From assembly GCA_964106645.2 (NCBI GenBank), contig OZ067038.1: a stretch of 64,000 bases of DNA; one strand, 5' to 3'. The translations under genes and the position numbers were made by a program. Under the pieces are notes generated by a model. The model ran no database searches, was not told the origin of the DNA, and saw nothing but the letters and a program-made list of their open reading frames with translations. This DNA comes from Podarcis pityusensis (Eukaryota). Positions 41,501 to 54,189 of the stretch are shown one piece after another; position 1 is the stretch's first letter, and each line of letters begins with the position of its first letter.

Positions 41501-42853
41501 AGCAGAGACAGTTCAACCAAAGGCTGGATATTTTAGTTTCATTAATACTCTGCAGAAACATCACATCACATCACATCCTGGGGTGGAGTTAGGACTCTAT
41601 CCGCCAAGCACATGAAAGCAAGAGTTCTCTCCCAGATCTGTAGTAAAGCTTTCTCTCTTGAAGTATCACACTATTGACAAACCAAACCCAGCCAGCTCAT
41701 TGGCCACACGGACACCAGAAGTCTGTACAGGAACAAAGAAAGTAACATGCATGACCAAGTCTAACCTTTTTCTGCTTAAAAAGGAAAATGATTTAGTACC
41801 TGGATGAGATAACTCTTCACACTGCTTGGCTGGCACTGTTAACTTCTTTCTCCCAGCTTGTTGGGGCAGAGCATTCACTGCAGCTGAACCATATTAGTGG
41901 CAAATAGAACTAGTTGGTGCTTCCTTCCAGGTGCTTTTTAGAGAATTAACATGCAGGTTTGCTTCCTTCCAGGCTGCATGCATACCACACATTTGAAGCA
42001 CATGGTTTCCCCAGTGAATACTGGGAATTGTAGTTGCCCTCTCACAGGGCTACAATTCCCAGTACTCTTAAAAAAAAAAATACAGTGCCCAGGATCGGGG
42101 GTCGGGGGGTCATATGCTTTACACATGCATTGAATGGTATGCTACAGTGCAGAAACTATAGATGTATGAATGACTGTAATTCCAGTTTCAAAAATAGTGA
42201 ACCAACCCAGAGATAGACATGGGACTCACTCATTAGGTTGAGTTTCTGGTGTGCTTCAGATGCACAATAGTCTGGGTTGCACAAGAGCCTGCTTCTATTA
42301 CATCAAGGGTGAGGTTTGCGGGGAGGGATCATCAACCTAAGGGGACCATTGGGCACATTTGGAATTTTGAGAGTCACAAAATGGCTGCCAAGGGGCCCAG
42401 AAGAACACAAAATGAGTGCCACATTTAAAACAACAAAAAGAGAGACAGGACCACAAAAGTGTGGAGTAGGTATGTGTCCCCAACAATCTGCATCAGTCAC
42501 CACTGCTCTTTCTTCAGAACCGATGGGAAGGGTGGGTGTCTAATCCTGGCATCCAACAAACATGCTCATCTTTCAAGTGGCAGCATGTTCAATGCAGGCG
42601 ACGCCAAGTCGGAAATAGGAACTGAGCAGGAAGACCAAACTGCCTCCAGAACTTTGTGGATTTTTCAGGAGATATTGACTGAGACATCGTAGGAGGTACT
42701 GTCAGGCGCATCATGTGATGCACAAATATTTGAAATATAGTAGTTGACAATCTCCCAAACCCCCATCTCTGTTACCGATGAGGTGTTTGGCTACTCCGCA
42801 AACCCACGTTATCACTTCGGCCTCACACAGGACAAAATACAGACAATATTAGC

Positions 42854-42859
42854 TTTATT
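42854..42859 (-). terminator. CD151: Probable CD151 polyadenylation signal (3'UTR about 2.5 kb)
   Basis: TTTATT on + (AATAAA on -), followed on - by a GT/T-rich tract (ttgtctgtattttgtcc). First such signal I found after the stop. Confidence 0.6.
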
Positions 42860-45396
42860 GGCCAGCAACATAAACTGTATTTGAAGCATGGTTATTATAT
42901 GAGGAAAAACCAAAGAGCAAGCACAGGTTGCTGACTGGCAACCCCTGGCCCTCTCTTACCATGGCACAATATAGTTTCCCAGTGGAGGGAGGTGGAGAGA
43001 AAGCTAGCCATCCACACAAATGCACTTCAGTAGTCAAATACTGTTTCAAGCAACTGCAATCAGGACCTTCTGTTTTCTTGCAGGTTGGGGAGTGGGGAGA
43101 GAAACATCAGGTAGGTATAAAGAAATAATTTAGCAATTTAATTTGTAATAATTTAGATACTCACCCACCTTTACAGTGAGAATGGCGCAAAACCTTTCTC
43201 CTGCAAGGACGTTTACCATGTGTGATCATGCTTTACATCTCCCCAGCTGCCTCCTGAACTGTTCCTGAACCTCCTGAGCAAAGCAGCCAAGAGGACACTC
43301 CATTTTTCACTGCACCCATGAGAGGCAATTATATGACATGGACTTTCTTGGGTGGTGTGTTTATATTAAGTGCTTGCCTATCAGAGCCCACAAAGGGCTG
43401 GAGATGGAATTACCTTTAGTCTCTACTTTAGTTGGAGAAAGTCACATCTAGTCAGCTAAGGAAAATCCTGGAGTGTAAGACTAGGTTCCCAGTTTGGGCA
43501 AAACCTGTATACGCTGGCCTTTGGTGGTGATGGTGGGGGCTTAGATCAACTTTCCACAGCCTGGTGCCCTCCAATGTTGTTAGGACTCCCAACTGCTATC
43601 GACCACAGTAAGGTATGATGGAAGCTGGGAGTCTGGCAATGTCAGGAAGGCACCAGAGACTGGGGAAAAGCTTCCTTAGGCCATGTGATTGCTCTTGCCC
43701 CCAACCAGGTGTGTGAAAGGGGACAGGGAAGAATGGGAGGGGCAATGCAAGAGCTTCAACGGAACCTACAGAATGCCAATACACAAGCAGCCACACTGTT
43801 TACTCGGGAGACTTTCAGTGGGATAGGAGAGGGATGGGGATCCATATATTGGACTTCAACGACCATCAGCCACCAGCTACTATTACCAATGGCCAGGAAT
43901 GATGGGAGCTGTAGTCCAACATCTGGAGGGCCCACCTGGTTCCCCATCAGTTACAGGAAGTATATTCTTCAGCATGCTGCTGTTGCTACAATGGACCTAC
44001 AAAGGTGTGGGAAGATCTGTTAAATGGATGAGCTACCTTACTGAAATCAAAATGTGAGGCAGTCGTGAAACAGGTCAATGTAAGAATTGGGAAGGAATAC
44101 TTGGACACGGGCTATACAAACAGGATATGGACACCTACTCTATCAAGGATGCTTTTTCTGTTTCTAAAACATATTCTGTGAAAACCTTTAGAGGGGTGAA
44201 TTCTTGGGAAAACTAGCAAACCCGCTGTTGGAAGCCATTCCTAGAATAGCCTCCTGTACAGCAGAAGAGGCAACTGCTGTGGATACAAAAGATACCGGCC
44301 ACTTTCTCTCCTTGCACCCAATAGTTCAATTTGCAATTTTATGCCTTACTGCCAATTGAAATCATTTTGGTATGAAGCATACTCAGTAAATTAATGAGAG
44401 AGGGGAATAGGAGAGCTGAATTCTGGGTTTTCATGCCAGCCAGAGACTACCTGGCTGGCTAATCAGACTTTGAAGATCAACACAAAAGCAAGTAGAAGTA
44501 TGTTCTCCGCAGTTAAACGATGTGTCATTCTGGGAGAGGATGCTCATTCCTATGAAAACGGGAGCTGCATGATTCCAGAGTCGGGTTATCTTGACAGCAC
44601 AGTTGAGGCAGGAAGCCATTTCAACAGAAAGCTTATTGTTTGTGTGTCTGTTGGAAAAAGTAGGCCAAGGCTTCTAATTAAGAGAACAAAAGAACGTCCT
44701 CCAACACCTGGCCTGAAAGGCACAAGACTCGTCTCCAGGGGGGGCCTCCTGTTGGGGCAGAGGGAAGGCCCTGAGGATGAAGCAGCCGGCTTTGTGGGTA
44801 ACCTAGTCCATCCATCTCTCAGGCACAACCTCAAGGAGATCGGGAGAAGAGATTACCCAGCAGAAGGAGGCACTGCCTTGGATGGGAAAGAGCCGTCGCA
44901 TCAGAACTTCCACTGGTCCAGAAAGGCACTTCTTCTGGGTGCAGGAAGAGAGGATTTAAAACTCCCAACCTGTGAATGCCTTATGCATCCTTGTGGGCTA
45001 GTTGTCAGCTGATCGGAGAGTCAATGTCTTGGTTAAAAGAGAGCTAAAATGGAAACAGGAAAGGTGCCAGGGCCCCTGCAGCGTTGATGATCTCTCTTTC
45101 AGATTGAATGCTTGGGCCTGGGCTTGGAAACATTTCTGGCAGATAAGAATTCTACAACTCCATGACTCTGGACCACAAAGAAAAGACTGGGTGAGCCCTG
45201 GGCCTCCACGACTGCCATAAGGAGGACAACTGATCTCTCTCTCTCTGGCAGAGGCACTGGGTGATCCAAGAATAAGTTTCCTTAAGCAGCAGAAGTCCTT
45301 GCGAGGTTGATTTTTTCTGTGCTGCCGCCTAAAAGGATAGGGTGATGGGATGGAACGTGGTGTAGTCAAGCAGGTGGGGTGGTCTTCCAAGCTTCC

Positions 45397-45456
45397 CTAG
45401 TAAGGCTCAGATTTCAAATTCCTGTACAAACAGCAAGTGAAGAGCATCCCAAATAT
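45397..45456 (-). CDS. CD151: CD151 last coding exon (cytoplasmic tail)
   Basis: IFGMLFTCCLYRNLKSEPY*; acceptor ttttttgccttctag. Total CDS 759 nt = 252 aa plus stop. Adjacency to POLR2L supports CD151 over the paralog TSPAN11. Confidence 0.96.
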   Translation of the reverse strand: MFGMLFTCCLYRNLKSEPY

Positions 45457-46270
45457 CTAGAAGGCAAAAAAACAACAATACAAAACATGGGTAAGCAACA
45501 GGAGAAGCAATGCATCAAGCCATGTATCTCAGCACCTCTTCATTCTTCTCACATGGAAGAGAATGTTGGTCCCTTGCAATCATACAGAGTTTTGCAGTCA
45601 GAAGGGACCGATCTTCCAATATGGGCACAGAGAAAATATGACCTGAAACCTCAGCAGGTGAACCCTGAAGCCTGGGCAAGCTCAGTGGTCTGTAGCTCGG
45701 GGACAGCATCTCGCTTTCACACAGAAGGTCCCAGGCTCAGCCTCCAACATTTCCAGGTGTAGCTGACCCCTGTCAAAAACCCTGGAAAGCCACTGCCTCT
45801 CAGTTACCGCTCAATGAACCAAAAGTATGACTTCGTACAAGGTAATTTCCTATGCTCCAGCAGGGCAGCTCAGCTGTAATAGAGATGTGATGCTGCAAGC
45901 AAGGGCATTCCTTTGGACAGCTGGTAATAGCTGTTTTCTGTAAGAAGTAAAAGGAAAATCTCGCCCAAGTGAGAAAGAGCCAGTCCTGAGTGAACTGCAC
46001 TTTACAATGACAGCTGCAAAGGCATGAGAGGGGGAAATGCACTGGTTCAGCATTAAGATTACATTAAGATCACTGCACATTTCACCTTTGGCCATTAAAA
46101 AAAAAAAAGGGAAAAGGAAACATTCTCATAATTATTTGAAATGGGAAGCGAAGAGAGAAATCGAGCAATGGATAGTTACTATGTGGTTGTCAAAACTCCC
46201 AAGATATCAGAGTCACTGTGGGTTATTCTGGTAGTGTTCTGAATTTTAAGAAAAAGAAGTTATTTTAAAA

Positions 46271-46638
46271 CAGGGGTCAGCAAACTTACCGCGCCTCGGG
46301 CCGGTGTCTCCAGCGCTGATTGTGTGGCGGGCCAGAGGCCGGGAGAGCATGTGCCCATACGCGTGTGCACACACCATTTCCGGTGCACTTCTGGGTCGGA
46401 GAAGCACCAGAATTAGCTTGTGCGCATGTGCACAGGCCTCCTCTGACCCAGATGTGCACTGGAAATAACACTTGCGCATGCACACAAGCTATTTCCGGTG
46501 CTCCTCTGACCTGGAAGTGGGCAGCTGTGCAGCACAGTGCTGGTAAGAGCAGGCGGTGGCAGCGTGGGTCACCACGGGCCAGATAAACGAGTCCCTCGGG
46601 CCTTATCTGACCCGCGGACCTTAGTTTGGGGACCCCTG
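46271..46638. mobile_element. hAT (Charlie-like) non-autonomous element in the last CD151 intron
   Basis: CAGGGGTCAGCAAACT / AGTTTGGGGACCCCTG TIRs; perfect TSD TTTTAAAA; CpG-rich interior. Confidence 0.9.
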
Positions 46639-47429
46639 TTTTAAAAGCATCCCCTTCTAATTACACTGTTCAGTCTGAGCAGCTGTTGGGACAAATTACC
46701 ACTAGAGGCTGCCTTCTCACTGCTTTACAGAAAGATTCTGTTTTTCACAACCTTCCCTTCAGTAAATAGTATGTTGGGGTTTTTTTTTACTGAGTCATTT
46801 GTATCCAGAGTTGGCAACCTCAAACCTTTAGAAGCACCTCCATCCCTTACTCCATAAACTGTAGGATTTTTTTTAAGCACACAGGTTATTAGGGATTTAC
46901 GTGTATATGTTTTTGGAAAATTGCCACTTTAAAATGATTGTGGGGGAGACATTCTCTCAATTTCACAGTGAAATCAGATAACTCACATCTGAGAAAACAC
47001 CACCAAAGCTGGCTTCTACTGTAGCTTCTTAGCAGGGAACCCAGGGGGTGGGGAGGGCCACATTCCATTCAGGGCAACTTTCTGAGGGCCACTTGTCAGG
47101 GTCAAAGGTTAATGTCTGGCACGTAAACAGTCCTTTGTGTGGTTGCTTGTATTGAGTGGGAATTGTCTCCAGTTAGGGAAGCAATTTGAACGCTGAAAGC
47201 AAGCCAACTTTTGAGGCCATGAATGAACCACAAATGGCAAGACAGGTAAGTGCAGGTATGCAGGCTGGCAGGCAACTTTTTGTAGGTGTGGGCTAGTAAC
47301 TTTTGAGAACTCATTAGCAATGCTAGTTAATATACTGTGCTCAGCGGACACACTGGCTTCAGAAATTCATGATTGCCACAAATCATGGAGATATAGAAAA
47401 TTGCAAAAGAAATAGGCATGGGTGAGAAT

Positions 47430-47432
<3 letters not shown>

Positions 47433-47466
<34 letters not shown>
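47433..47466. repeat. (CA)17 microsatellite
   Basis: Read directly. Confidence 0.95.
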
Positions 47467-47468
<2 letters not shown>

Positions 47469-48188
47469 GCAATGTGAGATGATACTTGAGCTGAAAGTGA
47501 GTGAGTGAGAGAGAGAGAGAGAGAGAGAAAGAGTCAGAAAAATAAGATCAGAGATGACAGCTACTTCTATGACCAGAAGATTGCTCAAGGCACAGAGATG
47601 GAATATAGAATCACTTCCTGCATTCAGCGCAAACCCAACGAAGCCTCCAGAATCCAGTGGTGCTTGACTGCTGCTTAATTCCAGCTGCTTTTACATGGTT
47701 ACAATTTGCACACAGGATCCTCTGAATCCTGCAAAGCTATTATCTCTAATTTACAGACAATAGCAAAGAGAAATTGACATCCTTTTTGCCCTAATGCAGT
47801 GTTGTTGGCAACCAGAGTGGGCAACAGGCCAATCTAAAGCTAACCACCGGAGCAATTGGCCAAGTGCTATGCCACACTCCTGCCTAGCCCCTGCTGGGGA
47901 AGTATGCACCTTTCATGATATTCCTGAAACCTTTCTCTTTCTCTTCTGTGGTTGATTACCCATATGTTTTCTGCAGCGCTGTTTGTTTGTTTGTTTGTCT
48001 GTCTGTCCTATAGCAGCTTTCGGATCAGTGGTGAGCTGGATGACAGGTATCCATGGGTCAGACTTTGCTTACAGGTCCCCAGTCGCCAATTACTCTCATA
48101 ACAGTAAACCTGAGACAGGAACTGTAGCATGGTGGTCTCCCAAGCTCTAACCTTGGACACTCCAATCTTGCATATTACTAGCCCATAC

Positions 48189-48275
48189 CTGTACAAAAGC
48201 AATGCCAATCCCCACTGCTCCAATGATTTTCAGGTGTTCCTGGATGAAGTTTTCCAGTTTAGTGATGCAGCCACC
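48189..48275 (-). CDS. CD151: CD151 coding exon 6 (GC motif, TM4)
   Basis: [29 protein letters not shown]; 87 nt; acceptor (CT)16AG, donor CAG|GTATGG. Confidence 0.96.
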
Positions 48276-48276
48276 C

Positions 48277-48277
<1 letters not shown>

Positions 48278-48309
<32 letters not shown>
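48278..48309. repeat. (AG)16 / (CT)16 microsatellite abutting the CD151 exon 6 acceptor
   Basis: Read directly. Confidence 0.95.
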
Positions 48310-48311
<2 letters not shown>

Positions 48312-50204
48312 AATTGTTGACATGATTTCAAGTTTAATTTGTGTCTTCTTGTGCTGTTTCAAGATTCGCCTGGGAACAAAAGTTTTCACACAGCAAATAA
48401 ATGCAAGAAAATTAAAAAAATGGGCTGGGGCATATGAACAAATGCTCTTCCTTGCAAGGATTTCTTGCCCTAATGCTTCACTTTAACCATGTTACACATG
48501 TGGCCTGAATAGAGGGCTCCTATAAAGTCGAATCAGTAGTAGTAGCTTGAATCAGTGGAGCACCAGTAGCCAACCTCTAACATAAACAGGCACTAAAAAA
48601 AAAAGATGAAGTAGAACACAGCGTTAGGGAAGCTCAATGCCTGCCTCCATCTTTAAAAGATTGCCTTTGGCCTCCTGGTGGCCTGTTTATCTGCCTTGCC
48701 AAGTCATTGCAGACAAGAGAAATAACAGGATTAGCTGAAGTGTGAGGCAAGCTTTATTTTTTAAGTTGTTTGATCATTCCACAAATGTATTCCCACTGGG
48801 TAGTGGCCTAAGGAAGAAAGCACATGAGTACATGGCTCATGGTTTCAAAGCTCAAGCAGTAAAGGCAGAGCTGAGGAGACTCAAATTTAAATCCCCCATG
48901 AGCTGTGAAGCTCATGGGATGGCTTTCAGTCAGTCACCATCCCGCAGCCTTGCCTACCTCATGGGATAGCTCTGGTGAGGATAAAAATGGAAAGGAATAT
49001 CTACAGAACACACTTATAACTACTTTGTACCAATTTAACTTCTATGTCTTCCCCCAAAGAGGTCTAGTTTGGGGAAGATGCTTAAAATCCTTTGTTAAAG
49101 GATCTCCTGTCCCTTCCCATACAAATATATTTCTCAGGATTCCCTAAGGAGAGGGGACGACTGTTTTGAAATGTGTTTAAACTGGTTATGCAGATGCTCC
49201 CCAAGTCGTTCGTTCCACATTTCCTTTCGGCAGCCTGTCACAGGCAGGTCAATCTCAAAAGGCAGACTGGAGGCAAATGTTGCAGAATGTAAATACTTCA
49301 CTATTCTTTCCAACTCTTTGGAAATATTATTTAATACATTTCTTTATAGCCACGTAAATGGCACTTCTGTGTGATTTACATGAGAGGACAGTTCCCTGCC
49401 CCAACAGGCCTACAATGTAGAAACAAGACAATGTGAGACAAGAGATGAATGAGGAGGAAATGGAGGCCAGGGCAAGCTGGGGAAGGAAATACAAAATGGT
49501 GGAATCTCCTTTCAAACGAGTGTCTTTTCTCACCAAAAGTATGTCCTATTGCACTTTGGAAAAGAAGCTAGGGGGTGGGCAGCAGGAATCACCAGGGCCC
49601 AGCAGTCAGCAATCCTGCCCTGAGGCACAGGCCTAGTCTGTCTCTGCCTGACTAAAACAAGCTTAGTTGCAGAAGTTATTCATGCTCCTCATATCATTTA
49701 ATCCCCCTCTGAATCCTGTTGAAAAATGATTGCTTCATTGCCATCACTCTTTGGCAGAACACTCTGTAGACTGAAACATCAACTGACAGTTGGGAAATTG
49801 GAATTCCGTGGTTAAAAAAAAACTTCCCAAGTATTTTTGAGTTTAAGGGGACAAACTTTTTTTTAAAAAAATACAGTTTAGGTTGCCAAGTCTGAATCTT
49901 TGTCCCTTTTCACTGAAAATGGTAAAAACAACAACCCAAGAACGCCACAAGATGGTGGCAAAGTGTCTCTGCCTCACCTGCCCATGTGTTGGAACAGAAC
50001 TGCTGAGGAAAATAAATATCTATTTGCGACTAGTTCTGTGACTACTCTAGAAGAAAATCTTCAGGCAATGTAGCAGAACATACTGAAAGGCTGAATCTGC
50101 TGTGGTGCCTTGCATGCAACTTGTTGATTAAAGTAGTCTCAGAGCCATCTGGCATCCACTTAACTTTCAGATAAGAGGGAGGCGGCTCAGGTCTGATTTC
50201 TTAC

Positions 50205-50360
50205 CTCTTTGTAGATATTCGAAGGATGGTCTCTTTGGCCACATTTATCTGTCACTGTCTTGCAGCAACTGTCTGGGAACTTCCGGTTTAACGCATCAGG
50301 AGATTTGATCCATTCGCTGTCACTCCAGTCTGAAGCGTTATGGCTGCCACAGCACTTAAA
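50205..50360 (-). CDS. CD151: CD151 coding exon 5 (large loop with CCG, PxSCC and QRD motifs)
   Basis: [52 protein letters not shown]; 156 nt; GAG|GTAAGA donor. Confidence 0.97.
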
Positions 50361-51149
50361 CTGAACACACACAAACATAAAAGCAGGGCGTATTGCCAAA
50401 AGATGTTGCAACACTCAAGTTGTCTATGGTATCATGTCTGTGAATGCCTGTACCTCTGGCCTGCACAACTGCAGGAGCATACAGCCCACCAGTCATACAA
50501 CAGAAGAGCTATTGAGCTTTTGCAGAGCTAGAGGGCTGTGCACATTTCTTCCCAAGAGCAACACCAAGCTGGGTTCAGCTGGCATTTCTGTAAGGGAGTC
50601 TAACCATGACTGCTGACTGGTTTCTTTTAAAGAAAGTGTTCCTTAAATATAAAGCCACCCTTGAACAAAGATATACATGGTGATGTCACTGCTACTAACT
50701 ATACATATATGGGATGTGTGTAAGCTGGCCTATAAACATCCTGCTGCTCCTTTGACAGTCAATGAAGAGGCTACTCTGGTTGTTCTCGCTGTATCAAGCT
50801 ACATTCTCTGTAAGCAGATCAAATATTCGGCATGGTGTAGAAGAGTCATAGCTAGAGTGAACTCATTCCTGGCAGGCATGCTGTACGCTCACATGCTTCC
50901 TATCCATTACAGTCCAAGCGAGTCTCCTCCCTTCCTTGCATTTTCCCGTCTTATGTCATGTCTGCAGAGAAACACCCTAGGCATGCAGCCAGAAGCTCTG
51001 CATGTGTAGGCCTGCCATACGCCCAGATTTTCCTAGACATTACTGGGATATCAAAGGAGGAAATTTCCAAAAGAAGGCACTTTGTCCTGGATCTTAGGCA
51101 AGTAAAAAAAAAAACAACCAACATTTTTGGTGGTGTCCTGGTTTTTACT

Positions 51150-51450
51150 TTTTGAAATATGGCTAACAGATTGAGGATGAATCCTGATAAGATACAAGTA
51201 CTGTTCTTGAGGGGAAAGGCAGGTGTGGGGGACTCCTGGCTCTGAATGGGGTAACTGTGCCCCTGAAGGACCAAGTACGAAGCCTGGGAGTCATTTTGGA
51301 CTCACAGCTGTCCATGGAGGCGCAGGTCAATTCTGTATCCAGGCCAGCTGTTTACCAGCTCCATCTGGTACGTAGGTTGAGACCCTACCTGCCCGTGGAC
51401 TGTCTCACCAGAGCGGTGCATGCTCTGGTTATCTCCCGCTTGGACTACTG
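51150..51450 (+). mobile_element. L2 LINE RT fragment
   Basis: NRLRMNPDK... then PLKDQVRSLGVILDSQLSMEAQV...VHALVISRLDYC, matching L2 ORF2 motifs. Confidence 0.88.
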
Positions 51451-52997
51451 TCTAGAATATCAACATTTAAAAAAGCCGCATAAGTATAAAAATATTGCTG
51501 TGGTAAAGTGGTTTTACTAACTAAAAAGTAGGAATAGTAAGAACCAATCATTCCCCTGTCACTAGCCAAGATTTCACCTTCTTTCTGAACTGTGGCAAGT
51601 CTCAAATAACTTTCTGTAACCTTGGAGCTACGCAGCTGAGTGCACTTCCTCTCCTGTATGAATTACAGCCTAAAACAATGAGACGCCTGTCCAAGTTTTC
51701 CAAACTAGGTGTGTCAGACAACACAAGTGCTCCCTGATGGAATGACCTAAAATAGGGCTTCTCTGCTTGATGGAAGATAAAATCCCTGCCTTTTCTCTGT
51801 GCTCTGTTGTAAACTGGATTTCCCATCATACACTTCTGTCACTAGAGATTACTGGCTCCGAGAAAAAGATGTGACAAAGAAGTAGAGGGGGCTTCATCAC
51901 CTTCCACATTCGGAAAGGCTGCCACATTTGCTCCAAATGAAGATGTGTCTGCGCTCTCACTTTTCTCTTCAAATGACATGTGAAGGTATAGTGGATTGGT
52001 GCTTCGGAGACGCAACCACTAAATACGGCCACCTGTTTATTTTAACCAGCTGCACTTGTGCTTCTCTTTTGGGACTTCTTGTGCCAGGAATGAAGCCAAG
52101 AGGCAGCAATGTGCTAATAATACATGTGCCCGGTACAGCACCTCTTGACCAAGGAGGTTAACCAAAGTAGAAGGCATGGGAAAGTGATCTGTACAAAGTA
52201 GGAGGCATGGGGGAAATTATCTATATTTGGAAAGCCCAGTCAGGGTATCCAAGGGACTGCTCTGTGTGGTCAAGTATTCTGCAAATATTCTGACAAGCTG
52301 TATCTCACAAACCCTAGATCTCTTAAGGCTGGTTCATAGTTATTTATTCATGTCATAAAATTTATATACCGCTTGACTGTAAAAAGCAAACAAACCTCAG
52401 AGCCGTTTACAAAAAGAGAGCGAGCGAGCGATAAAACAGTAATTTGATAATTTCATGTGCTACTCAAGAAAATGGAAGTCTGGAGCGCCCCCTCTCCAGT
52501 TATGAATCAAACAATCCAGATGAGCAGAGGCCTATATGTATATATTTCTAGGCAATTAGACTCTCATTTTGCAACACAGATGGCATTTGCCACAAAAAAG
52601 GGAGGTGGAAAGAAGGCCTGTTGTGCATCAATGTGTGTGCAAGACCTCAATTCACATAATAAAATGGTCCATGTGCACAGGAGGGGTACATGAGAATGAA
52701 GCTCATTCCCACCATGTTTACAGAATCTACAGGCCCGAGCTTGCAACCCCCGTTCCACAGCACATAGGATCTTCTTGCAACAGCAGCATGCAGGTCCAAA
52801 TTGCAACTGTGTATACCAGCTTCTGCCCAGCTGCTGCTCTCCAGATATTTTGGACTACAACTCCCATCAGCCTCAGCCAGCAGGGCAAGCTGAGGCTGAT
52901 GGGCATTGCAGGCCAAAATACAGTATCTGGATGGTACCAGCTAGTTCACAGAGATGAGGCCAGAAGATACACGTCATAGATGCCCTTGTGCATTTTA

Positions 52998-53650
52998 ACA
53001 ATAAAACAATGAACAGACTACTGCAATCGACACAAGATAATATCACCAAGGCAACTATATGTAAACAAACAAGAAATGTCCATAAAAATGGCAAAAGCAG
53101 TTTCCTTCCCAAATAGGTTTTATCTTAAACAACTGCAAATGCAGTAAATAAAGAGTTCACTTGTGATATATCAAGGGCTTGGATATCAATCAGACGTTTC
53201 ATCGCTAAAGAGCTTAGTCATCGAGTTTTGTAGTAAATAATATACAAGAGAAGACAGTATGTAAACGACTTGAAGGAGGGGTATATCTGTCCCCATCTGC
53301 ATGTTTCCATTGGGAGGAACATAGAAAGAGAACGATGTCCTTCAGTTTGTCAAACCTCCTACAGTTTAGTGACGAAACGTCTGATTACCAGAACGATGTC
53401 CAAGCACTGAACCACTGGAATATCACAAGTGGACTCTTTATTACTGAGTTTGCAGTTGTTCAAGATAAAATCTATTTTGGAAAGAGAAGAAATGAGCACT
53501 GAACCTCTGATATATTACAAGTGAACTCTTTATTTACTCCGTTTGCAATTGTTTAAGATAAAACCTATTTGGGAAAGAAACTAATTTTGCCATTTTTATG
53601 GATGTTTGTTACAGATAGATGCCTTGGTGTTTATTATCTTGTATCAACTG
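52998..53650. mobile_element. Fold-back element with long imperfect inverted arms, class unresolved
   Basis: 53024-53209 is the reverse complement of parts of 53365-53650. It is flanked by the 12-bp direct repeat TTGTGCATTTTA. Confidence 0.75.
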
Positions 53651-53765
53651 TTGTGCATTTTAGGCAAGTGGAGAAACCATTCCACATATTTGGTGGAATA
53701 CTTCCTTCCATAGTCGAAAGATGTAGAATCTTATCACCCTATTTAAATCCATTTCCTAAGCCTAC

Positions 53766-53870
53766 CTCCTGCTGCAGTTTGTCCACCGCACTAGTCACAG
53801 ACACTTCGTCCGGCTTCATGTACTTCTGGGTCATTGTCTCCTTCAGATTTTGCTTCAGCTCCGTATTCAG
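53766..53870 (-). CDS. CD151: CD151 coding exon 4 (large extracellular loop, helical part)
   Basis: [35 protein letters not shown]; 105 nt; AG/GT boundaries. Confidence 0.97.
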
Positions 53871-54079
53871 CTGCATAGGGTGGGGAAAAGGTAGTGGGGA
53901 TGGAAAGAAAATATGAATAACATCCTTCTTTGACATAGCTCTCTGTATGATAACCAACACAAAACTGCACCCAGAATGACTCAATAGATCCCTCGTCCAA
54001 TTTTACAAGATAAATAAATTTGGGAAACAAAGGTGAGATGGAGAGTTGCAGAGTGTTAGGCAAGTGGGTTACTCTAGAG

Positions 54080-54189
54080 CAGGATTAGGACCCTGTGGCT
54101 CACCAGATGTAGCAGGACTAGAACTCACAACTTCCTGGCCACTGGCCACTGGCCATGTAGGCCAGGACTAATGGAAGATCACATCCCTG
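54080..54189. mobile_element. hAT MITE
   Basis: Perfect 8-bp TSD CTCTAGAG; CAGG...CCCTG ends. Confidence 0.85.

Noticed and set aside
53185-53230. Hammerhead-like string on the - strand (CTCGATGA...GAAACGTC)
   Set aside because: The core has an extra base, stem II is imperfect and I found no stem I pairing.
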